64,000 nt of DNA from Octopus sinensis. Lineage: Eukaryota. Below the pieces are notes generated by a model. It saw only the letters and a program-made list of their open reading frames with translations. It had not been told where the DNA came from and made no database searches. Shown one piece after another: positions 52,258 through 64,000 of the stretch; the stretch's first letter is position 1, and each line of letters opens with the position of its first letter. The position numbers and the translations under genes were made by a program. The stretch covers positions 85,002,001 to 85,066,000 of the forward strand of contig NC_042999.1 in NCBI RefSeq assembly GCF_006345805.1. The letters are read 5' to 3'.

Positions 52258-54139
52258 TGTATATATATATATATGCATGTATGAATGTATGTATACACAC
52301 ATATATATATAGTGAGAATTTACAAAAAGTCAAAAGACGAAGACGGGTGTGTAAACAACAAACATATGTATTACTTTAACGCCCACCACATATATATATG
52401 TATATATGTGGAGAGAGAAACAGAGACAGAAACAGAAACAGAAAGACAGACAGCGATAAACCTATATGCATATATATGTGTGTGTGTGTGTGTGTGTGTA
52501 TACATATATACATACGTATACACGCATATACGTATATATACATTAGTATACATGTGAACACATACATAATGTGTGTATGTGTATATGTGTGTATGTGTAT
52601 GTGTGAAATTTTATGTGCGCGTTTGTGTATTTGTATGTGCGTGTGTATATGTATGTGTGTATGTGTATGTGTGTGTGGGTGTGTATGCGCTTGTACACCA
52701 AAAATGTGTGATTAAAAGTGAAAGTGAATATGTATTAAAGTGATCTGGTTTATATTATTTTTCCTATGGCGTCCTTTTCGTTTCGTCTTTTTTTATATAT
52801 TTGTTATCTTTCGACATGGAATCAGTGCTCGACTGAAGAAGTTCTGCTTGGCAAAACGCTCTTCTAATTGATTTTCTTTCTTTTAGTTTCTATTTCAACA
52901 TAGTATATATTTAATTTCTAAAATACAAGAAGAGCGATTACAATTCAAATACCGAATCAAATTTCTTAACGTCTTCCACCTATCATGTTGCACAGTAACA
53001 CATCAAAAAAATAAATACGTAATTTATGATAGGCACTAGGGATATAATTGTTATTTCGACCTCATTCAGTTCTGCCTAGACAGCCAGCAGTTTAATATTC
53101 TTTTGTCTTTCTTATTATCTACACTGTCCGATGAAAGTTCTCTTCAGATTGAATTTTTACAAAAGATAGGGAAGACATTATTAAGCTTTGTTTTATTAAA
53201 CCTCGCCTTATAATGGCATTCAATGTTTGTTCGATTTCATGCACCGCAATGCTTCGTGAGAGATTGCACAAACCAATTTTCAAGACATAATGCATCTAGA
53301 CAGAGTGAGTGTGAGAAAGTGTTTTCATGGATTCAGTTGGCTGATTGTTATTTTCATCTTTCAGAAAAATAATTGCAAATCGAGAAATTGCTCTCTGTCT
53401 GCCGTGAATGCTAAATTTCTACTACAAGCCATTAACTGTGACATTTCTGTTTCTCATAAATAGAGGATTTTAGATAATGAAACACAAAAATGACAGACTA
53501 GCGGGATTCTCAAAACATCATTCTAATTCAAATATATTCAGTTATACTTCGATAACCAACAGTTTATTTATTATTTGGAAAAGATCTCATAAGATCGAAA
53601 CATTATTAAAAATGTATATTTTAATAAAACTTTCGATTTATAAAGAAATGCATTCTTCCGGTCTTCAAATAACTGTTCAATGTATATTTGTGTGCGAATA
53701 AGTGCGTATGTGTGTCTGATGCATGTGTGTATGCAAGTAGTCTTGAAGACAAGATTATGTGCGATTTTAACTTTGGTACTTAAAAGAATTTTCATCATTC
53801 CTTATCAGTCTTTTATACTAAATTTCCAACAAAGGTGACACTACCTAACTCCAGTAACGTGACATGACCTTTTTAGTGTCATCATTAGGCTCTGATGACA
53901 GTAATAGTGGCGTGATGTTGTTTAACGACTTCCCAATGGGTCGCAAAGTATCATGTTTGATACTTAAATATAAACACACTTATACACACATATACTGCTA
54001 TCACCGAGAAAATCCTTTTCACTGAATTTCAAATTATTAAACATGTCCCAGTAATATTCATACATTATGTTGTTTGAGTTTCATCTGTTCGTTGACTTCT
54101 CATTTATATTATGCTTAATTTTACAGTATGGTTTCTATT

Positions 54140-54345
54140 GTAAGCTGGCAGAATCTCTGATACACTGAGCAAAATGCTTAGCGGCATTTCGTCGGTCTTT
54201 ACGTTTTGGGTTCAAATGCCGACGGGGTTCGATTTTGCTTTTCATCATTTCTGGTTCGATAAGCACCAATAGAGCACTGGTGTCGATTTAATCCACTTAG
54301 CCCCTCCCCGAAATTGCTGGCCTTGTGCCAAAATCTGAAACCAAT
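54140..54345 (+). mobile_element. SINE family B, diverged
   Basis: AGCTGGCAGAATC...GGTTCAAATGCCG...GAAATTGCTGGCCTTGTGCCAAAA tail. Confidence 0.72.
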
Positions 54346-54374
54346 ATAACTTCCATTGCTAAACTTCTTATATA

Positions 54375-54510
54375 CAAGGGGATGCTGAAAGGTTTCTGGC
54401 TTTGAGTAAACGAAGATACAGGAGGACCAGTTAATTATGATTTTATTCAACATATTCCCCTCTTAGATTCACACACTTACTCCAGCGGTCCTTCAGTTCT
54501 TCTAAGCCCT
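54375..54510 (+). mobile_element. Probable mariner-type terminal fragment
   Basis: TA-CAAGGGGATGCTGAAAGGTTTCTGG resembles a mariner TIR; no partner TIR found. Confidence 0.45.
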
Positions 54511-55586
54511 TTCCTGATACCCTTAAAGCATCCCTTCGTAGAATAAATTTTAAAATTATGTCAACGCTTAGGAGTTTTCTTAATACCGGAAATGAAATCC
54601 TGAAAAATCAACACACAGGAAAAATTCATATGAAGCAAACTATGAAATTTACAGGCGAAGATAATTTCATAATTAAATAACATTATTCTGCTGAGCCCTG
54701 AGACTTACTACAAGTACTCGAACCACATGCTGCTACCAGTGTAATCTCATTCTCATGATAAAACTGAGAAGCTCTTGAAATGTTGAAAAGAAGTACGAAA
54801 CGTCAGTGTTACAAAATATTAAACATGGAGACGATGATATTGTAACGCATTTCTCAAAGAAAACCGTTCCCTACTTTCTCATACACACAGACACATACAC
54901 ACACATACATAAACATACACACACGCGCACATCACTCACATACACTTCACTCACACGCACACACATGCAGCACTCTCGCGCACGTGTGAATGTATGTATA
55001 TGAAAAGTATTTTTATATTAACACCAATAAACAGATATAAGCTATCATCATCAAATTTATTAAACCAAACTAGTACAATACAAAAAGGTATGAAATAAAC
55101 TGAGAAACCCAGCACTTCCAGAGTTAAATATCTAATTTAAGAAGCATACAAATCATAAACAGGTCGATAGATGAATACCAGAAACAAATATTAGAATCCA
55201 GCATTAAAACTTATAAACATATAGACGGTCATACCTATAACTACATAGTACTCAATCTGTCAGGTAATCTTAGAAGCATGAACACTATGGAAGAAACTTA
55301 ACTGAACCGAGAATTCCCTCCTCAGCTGCCTAAGGGATACCAACGTGATATCATCACCAAGAGGTCTGAATCAAATAGCCTTTGAAACATATCTAACGCT
55401 GCTTGGAAATATACAAACTTAGTAACTCAAACCAGTGTCATAATTACAAGCTTAACTACTTGGAGCCCGATTACATTCCTGCATTAAATTACCAAATCAA
55501 TAATTATTCAAGTCAATCAACACATAAAGAAAAAGAACAAAAGAAAATAACGAATGAATAACTAGTTAAACTGATCAACATAAGCT

Positions 55587-56097
55587 CAAGCGTGGCTGAG
55601 TAGTAACAAGTTTGCTTCTCAACCACATGGTTTCGGGTTAAGTCCCACTGTGTGGAACCATGGGCAAATGTCTTTTACTATAGCCCCGGGCGACAAAGGA
55701 CTTGTAAGTGGATTTGGTAGATGAAAACTAAAAGCTCATCATGCGCGCGCGTGTGTGTGCGAGTGTGTATGTGTGTGTATGTGCATGTGTGTGTGTGCAA
55801 GCGTGTGCGTATGTATATATACATGTGTGTGTGTATGTGTGTGAGTGTGTGTATGTGTGTGTATTAGTGTGTGTGTGTGTGTGTATGTGTCTTTATGTTT
55901 ATGCTGTATCCCCCATCCCCGCTTGACAACCGGTGCCCGTTTATCCACGTACTCGTAATATAGCGGTTCGGCAAACAAGACCAACAGAAAAAGAACTAGA
56001 TTTAAAAATAAGTATTGGGTGGATCAGGTCGACTAAATCTTTCAAAGCGGTGCCACAGTATGAACACAGTCCAATCGCCGAAACAAGTAAAAGAGAA
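55587..56097 (+). mobile_element. SINE family A with internal (CG)/(TG) microsatellite
   Basis: Head, body and tail similar to 331-760. Confidence 0.8.
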
Positions 56098-56792
56098 ATG
56101 GTACCATGGGCACACTATAACCACAGACATTGACATGCAACACGAACTTATGCAGAAACAAATAATTATGACCAACGAATAACATATACAAACCGACTAT
56201 GAACACTTCGCGTCCAAATATACACATACGACTATTGATTGATCAGAACCTATATAGTGAAAAACCACAACATTCTTAATAACTTATAACATGAAATCGA
56301 ATTACTAAATAAATAATTTAATAATCGAAATAAAATTAACATTTCTCCTCGCCAGGGAACATGTTCTGACCGTCTATCTCCTTCCTGTATGTGCTACGGG
56401 CAGAAAAGGCCGGTGTCAAACTGAAAGGAGAAAGCGAGCGAGAGAGAAATAGAGAGAGACAGAGAGAGACAGAGACAGAGACAGAGACAGAGACAGAAAG
56501 ACAGACAGAAAGCCAGAGCTGGAGAGAGATTCAGAAAGAGAAGTGGATAAGCAATCGCAAAGAAAAAAATTTAGTTTAAATATCAACAAGATGTTGATAG
56601 CAACGAACGCATTCACCGAGAAGATTTTCTTTTCCAATATATTAATGGCAATAATAAGTCTTATGCATACACGCATACGTACATGTGTATACATACGTAC
56701 TTGCCCACACTCATACATACATATGTATATATATTAATATGTGTGTGTATAGATATACCAATGTATACATATATGCATACACACACACACAC

Positions 56793-56831
<39 letters not shown>

Positions 56832-56907
56832 AATGCATATGTGTGTATTATATGAACATACATACATGTATAAAGTCCTGAGACAGTGGAAACGTGTTAA
56901 ATCTAAT

Positions 56908-57027
<120 letters not shown>

Positions 57028-58019
57028 CTACAATATTGATATATTGTTTAAATATTGCAAGTTTTATTTTCTAACATAGGGGCTAAATAATTTTATTCTG
57101 TGCGATTATATATAAAAAGAAAAATATTTAACAAATGTTTTTCTACAGTAGTTTTACTTAAAATATACTAGTGTATGCGTTCACCCAAGTTAAATTTGAC
57201 ATACATAGCACGAGGAAAGGTAGGAAGAGAAAAAAGCGATCACCTGTTACTTCAATATTTCTACATGAGAAAGTTTTAGTGTATAAATTTTTAGGTGTAT
57301 GTTGCAGCCAAGATAGGTTTGCTTGTAGACGAAAAATCATATGTAACTGACTGGGATCCGGTTTGCGTTGACATTCAGCTTTTAAAGTTTTAAGCGGATT
57401 TTTTCTTTTTTTTTTCCACGATATGTAAGAATCATGTACCGATTAAATGAATACATGAGCAAGTCACTTATGCCATTTCCAAAACAAGGGATGTAACCTT
57501 GGGTTTGCGTTTTTGTTTACTTTTTGTCGTTTATCTATTTTTAAAGTATATTGTTGGTTAGTGTTTTCAAAAAATATTTATTCTTATATAAAATACAGAG
57601 TTCTTTTTAGGAGAGGAAAGGTTTTTAATTGTACAGCGATGAACCGCTTTAATGCACATTTTGTATGCCGCTACATACAATTATTTCACACTATCAAAAT
57701 TAGAGAGCAAACGGCAAGACTTCTGTGCGGTTGCAACTTCCGCTAGAAATAGCAACCGAATTTCCCTGAAATCATAATGAAATTTGTAGATATTGGGAGT
57801 CAATTCATATTTTGTCGTATTAACACAAGACCATACATATTTGTGGCATTGCGCCATAATTAGTGACACGAAGGGCCCGCTTATGGACGTGGAAAACTTA
57901 CAGTCTGCTGTTTTTTTGGATTCAGCCAACCATTTCTTATTTATACACCGACCTACAGGTCTACTAGAAAGTTCTTCCATTCACTACAAGCATGCTCCAC
58001 AGTAATGTCCTTTCTACAA

Positions 58020-58220
58020 TAGGTCAAGGCCCGAGTATTTTTGGTGGGGGGGGTGTAGTCGATTACATTAACCCTAGTGCTCGACTAGTACTTACTTTAA
58101 CAACTCTTTCAGGATGAATGACAAAGTTGGCTTCGACGGAATTTGAACTCAGAACGTAAAGACAAAAGAAATTCCACTAAGTAATTTGTCCAACGCTCAA
58201 ATGACTCTGCCAGCTCGTCC
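58020..58220 (-). mobile_element. SINE family B, diverged
   Basis: Reverse complement GACGAGCTGGCAGAGTC...GTTCTGAGTTCAAATTCCGTCG. Confidence 0.75.
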
Positions 58221-59615
58221 CCTTTGTTATATCAAGAATAGGATGATAGAATGTTCTGAACAGAAAGATATCGAAACACTTGTTTGAACTCATAACCTCT
58301 GCATATGTTGCCCAATACGATATATCCATTCAGATGATAATTGTAGCAGCAGGGCCACCATCAACAAGGAGGAGAATCGCCATAGCATAACTATCACTTC
58401 AATTATTGCATCTACATTCATAGCGCCTTCACCTTCTCCACCACCATCGTAACCTATACCTTTCCCAACAACATCATCACAACCATCTACAGCTAACATC
58501 CTTTCATAATTACAACAACGAAGACCAACACCAACGCAGTCCAAATAAAAAAGGCGACATTACACGAGCGCGCGCGTACATACACACACTCACACACACG
58601 CGCGCAACCATGAAGATAATCACGAAAATACATGTATCCATAGAGAGAAGTATACATATCACTAACCCCACAAGTAATAAATCTAACACTACTCCACCAT
58701 AAACCTCAATACTCCACAACAACGATACTAACAAAAACAGGCCTAATGAGAGGGTTCTCTACGTGGCAGGACGACCTCCTAGAAATAGCAATTAAATCTC
58801 CTTCAAATCGCATTCTGCCGTCTTATAGAAGGGAAGGACTCTCATTAGGTAATATAGCCCTAGATGCCAAAAAAATATATAAATAAAATTCGATAGCCAT
58901 GGATAGAATGCCTTTGATCATAAATCTGCTTGATCTAAATTCACCTGGGGCTACACAATAACAGCAACAACAATATTAGCCACACGCAAACATTGTCATC
59001 AGTAAAACCTCCATCATCTTTCTTTGCCACCACCACCACCACCACTACCATCAACACTGCCAATTTTACCATCAATTCCAGCACCACATCCCCAACGCCA
59101 GCCTTGCCATCATTGCAACAACGACATCCCCAGTACCACCACCATCACAATCATTACAAGTGCCAACATCACCACCGTTGTAGCTACCTCGCACTTATTG
59201 CCACTATCATTTTCCCCTATCAATGGCAGGACCGTTGGTTTATGATAACACAAGGCCGAACTGGTTACTAATCAAACGTAAAGTAGATGACTCACTTCTA
59301 ATTTGATCCTTGATCAGCAGTTACTGTTACCGCAACCTCTCCATACATCCCTTTCTCTTACAAATGTATACATACACATATAGTCAGATAAAGGTAGACA
59401 TAAACACATATATATACGCAATCACATAAATAAACCTGCTGACTCACATAAATATATTCAGACATAAGAACGCACACATTTGAATAGGTATATGCAATAA
59501 TGGCACATAAAAATATATGTTCATTAACATATACAAAACACGTCTCTCTCTCTCTCTCTCGCTCTCTCTCTCTCTCATTCTCCCCTCTCCATATATACAT
59601 ATATATATATACATA

Positions 59616-59654
<39 letters not shown>

Positions 59655-59714
59655 GAGAGAGAGAGAGAGAGAGAGAGAAACACATGCACACATATATATA
59701 CATACATGCATACA

Positions 59715-60175
<461 letters not shown>

Positions 60176-60227
60176 AGGTAGGTAGGTAGGTAGGTAGACG
60201 GACAGACAGACAGATAGATAGATAGAC

Positions 60228-60302
<75 letters not shown>

Positions 60303-60307
60303 CAGAC

Positions 60308-60418
<111 letters not shown>

Positions 60419-61123
60419 TAGATATCGCTATATAGTCACATATAAATTCAGAAATTTATACATACATAGACACACATGAACCACACGCATATGTGTGAGT
60501 ACGTGTATGTATTTATAAATGCGTGTGTACACATCGGAATACAGACATAATTGCATTTATCATACGGAAGCGCAAAACTCTACACACATAATTACCTATA
60601 TCATACGCATTCACGTAGATAGTTATACACAGACGTTTACACATACACTAATACGCATAATTACCAATATCATACATATATAGAAGGTATTAGTATAAAC
60701 ATACACACACAAAATTACATGCTCATAAGTAACAAACTCTCAAACCACGCACTTACACATATACATATGCATTATCATAGAGAGACTCATATAGAAAAAA
60801 TATTACATACCCAGACATACAAACTACGCTCATACCAACGCACATGCAAACACAAGCTCCAGAATAACACACGTCTACAGTATTATACACACGGATGTAC
60901 AAGCTCAAACGTCCATAAACACAGATTTGCAGCTTAATACACTTATACACCAATTGATCATGGCCAAAATAGCGTCAGATTAAACAGAATTACAGATGGG
61001 ATAAACGGTAAAATGAAAGACTTAAACGACAGACAACTAAGGGGAATGCAATCATGTAGTGTATATAAAAGAACAGAGAACAGAGGGTAGAGATGAAGAC
61101 TATGAGAGGGGAAGAGAAGAAAG

Positions 61124-61220
<97 letters not shown>

Positions 61221-61312
61221 TATAGATAGATAGATAGATAGATATAGATAGATAGATAGATAGATAGGTAAATTGAAATGGTTGATAGATGGATAGATGG
61301 ATAGATAGATAT

Positions 61313-61400
<88 letters not shown>

Positions 61401-61679
61401 ATTGAAATGGTAAGACTGTAATAGAACAATTCACTTTAAGTCAAATAAAAAAAATATGATCATGAAAAATAAAGAACGATTGTGATAGAGGAAAAGAGAA
61501 TGAAGCCAGAGCGAGGAAGGAGAGACACAGAATGAAACAGCTAAACTAAAGCTGAAAAAGATAGTTTCATTCCTCGGTTACTTCAATTTCGTTACCGTTA
61601 TATTGCCAATACTCTTGGGAAAAGGATGAAAGCCATAACCTTTTATGTTTTACTTGCTTCAGTTATTGAACAGCGGCCA

Positions 61680-62120
61680 TGGTGGGATATTCCCATGTAA
61701 GTCTCATAAGGCTTTCGGCAGAATAATGAAAAGCTATTGGCCTTTGAATTCTAAGTTATTGCGGCAAAGATGGGCACTTTGACACTGTTTAGTGGTCCCT
61801 TGTCCGGGGATTACCACATCTTTCAATGGCAAAGTTTTGACGGAAGTCCTTCTATGATCTTCCAGACGTATATTATTGTGTATCTTTCATATCTTCGCTC
61901 TAGGAAGTAGAGCTTTAACTTTTTCAATATTTCCCAGTAGCTGACCTGTCGCATTGAGACAATCTTCCTCGTGTAGCAGCATTTGCTTCAAGTTTCGTTA
62001 TTAATTTTAGATGGCTGAGGACAAACATCCAACTGAGGACCATCATGGTTTCCTGTCCTTTTCTTCTCGAAGTTCTTAGTATTCATCCCACTAGCATCTA
62101 CATATCATTGCCATCTTAGT
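61680..62120 (-). pseudogene. CR1/L2-group LINE ORF2 C-terminal fragment
   Basis: G*ILRT...QETMMVL...ITKLEA / YTRKIVSMRQVSYWEILKKLKLYFLERRYERYTIIYVWKIIEGL...FKGQ*LFIILPKAL*DLHG. Confidence 0.8.
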
Positions 62121-63205
62121 AAATATGCACGTGAAAGAAAGCATCATTACTCATATTAATGCACAGGTCACGTATTGATTATGATTCTGTGTGTGTGTAT
62201 ACATATGTGTGTGTTTGTGCGTGTTTTTGTGTGTATATGTGTGTATGTGCGTTGGTGTATACGTATATGTGTTGGTGTGTATGTATGTGTTCTGTATGCA
62301 CGCATGTATATGTGTGTGTGTTTGTATAAATGTATATGTGTGTATGATTGATAACACCCATAATTCATACACTAAAGTGGAGGTAAATATTCTAAAATCG
62401 ATATTAAGCATTACTAAGAATTTATGTATAAAAAGTATAAATCTACTTAATTCAGCTTGCGTAAACCCAAGATAAACGTCACGTGACATACTTGACTGAC
62501 ATTCGTATACTATTTTCAAAGCATGGAATGACAAACGAAAAAAACATACTGCATATCTATAATGCATCCTGGAATTGGTTTTAAAATATATTTTCGCTGC
62601 AGTATATGCGGGTTTTGATGCAATAGATCAAAGAACATTTGTAACTTCTATATGATTGCACCTAAACATTTTTTTTTTTCAGATATTCTTCGTTATAACT
62701 TTTTAAATTCGAATTTCAGAATATTCATGATTGCTGTTATTTGAGGGTGGTTGTTCATTAAAAGAATAATGACCGCAAGCTTGATAAAAAGAACTCTATA
62801 TAGAATAAGTTAAACTTACTGGAATTTATGATGACAAATATACACTCTGCAGAACTACTTGGAACGTTGGCTAGTGGCTTGTGTTGTTTAAAGTACGAAG
62901 CAAACGGCTGGGTTTGAATTTAGTGAAGATGTCTTTCTATTATTGTGTACGTGCGATAAGTTAAGTGCAGCGTCAACTGGTAGTTATAAAAATGAAAGGA
63001 AGAGAGAAAGATACAGAGAAGTAATTTGTTATACATATACAAACAGATGCATATTTACGCTCAAGCACACGCACACACACACATATACACACATACACAC
63101 ACATACACACAAACTGGTGTATATATGCACTTATGTAGATTTGGAAGATCCTTGTCACTAATTATGTGGTTGTTAGAAATTATATATATATATATATATA
63201 TATAT

Positions 63206-63437
63206 AATTGCAGCATGGAAGGTGTTTGTAAGCCATTTAAGAAACACACAAAAGCCGTTCGATTCACTTCAACATTTAAGCTTAATTTGTCAAAATATTT
63301 TCGTCGCTAAAATCTGCGACCTCTCCGCGGAATTTAGCGATAAAAATATTTTGACAAATTAAACTTAAATGTTGAAGTGAATCGAACGGCTTTTTTGTGT
63401 TCTTAAATGGCTTACAAACACCTTCCACGCTGCAATT
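63206..63437. repeat. Foldback element with ~105-bp arms abutting (TA)n
   Basis: 63206-63311 is the reverse complement of 63333-63437 with few differences; 21-bp spacer. Confidence 0.92.
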
Positions 63438-63495
63438 GTTTTCGTTCCAGCACACGATCTCAGATCAAATCAATTGCTATGCGAGTACATCTCCC

Positions 63496-63533
<38 letters not shown>

Positions 63534-63562
63534 TATATATATGCGTGTGCGTATGTGTGTAC

Positions 63563-63599
<37 letters not shown>

Positions 63600-63608
<9 letters not shown>

Positions 63609-63750
63609 TTGTGTGTATGTGTGTGTACCCCACTCAACATCGCTTGACAACCGATGCTGGTATGCTTACGGCCCTGTAACTTAGCGGTCGGCGAAAGAGA
63701 CCGATAGAATAATTACTAGGCTTACAAAGAATAAGTCCTGGGGTTGATTT
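63600..63750 (+). mobile_element. SINE family A, 3' half
   Basis: CGCTTGACAACCGATG...AACTTAGCGG...GACCGATAGAATAA...GCTTACAAAGAATAAGTCCTGGGG. Confidence 0.8.
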
Positions 63751-63776
63751 GTATATATATATATATATGTATATAG

Positions 63777-63881
<105 letters not shown>

Positions 63882-64000
63882 TGTATGTATGTATGTATGT
63901 ATGTATATATGGATCTATGGCATTAAGTGGAAGGACCGCATCAGTGATCTTGAAATATTGGAAGGCACTCGGTGTGAAAGTATAGAAGCTCTTGTGTTAA

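Noticed and set aside
52829-52862. CTGAAGAAG...GCAAAACGCT resembling the 1500-1534 motif
   Set aside because: G12 and stem II are disrupted; at most a very old relic.
55030-55470. Possible retroelement ORF remnant (VLNLSGNL...)
   Set aside because: Only a short, weak motif with multiple stops.
57513-58005. Overlapping 70-99 aa ORFs in complex sequence
   Set aside because: No domain, no paired splice sites, and lengths within chance expectation.

Overview
AT-rich, repeat-saturated eukaryotic (animal) genomic DNA, most likely intronic or intergenic. The microsatellite load and SINE families are consistent with a cephalopod/octopus genome (inference from memory, not a database hit). Nearly all ORFs in the supplied track are microsatellite translation artefacts. 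Real coding remnants are transposon-derived: a decayed mariner transposase (~8.2-9.0 kb); six R4/Dong-like non-LTR fragments with a restriction-like endonuclease, the largest (15.4-17.6 kb) nearly intact and embedded in (TAA)n; an internally deleted 3.8-kb Helitron with both termini (44.1-47.9 kb); a Penelope-type GIY-YIG remnant (~48.5 kb); and a CR1/L2-like fragment (~61.9 kb). Three tRNA-derived SINE families, a TA-flanked MITE within a tandem duplication and many foldback repeats are also present. One orphan 138-aa ORF (48.7-49.2 kb, minus) may be a host exon. The most notable signal is a dispersed set of minimal type I hammerhead-ribozyme-like motifs of the Penelope type, mostly close to (TA)n tracts. 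Several have variant cores (U3-A8, CCGA) and several sit at the centre of foldback structures. All RNA folds were made by eye and none is tested.
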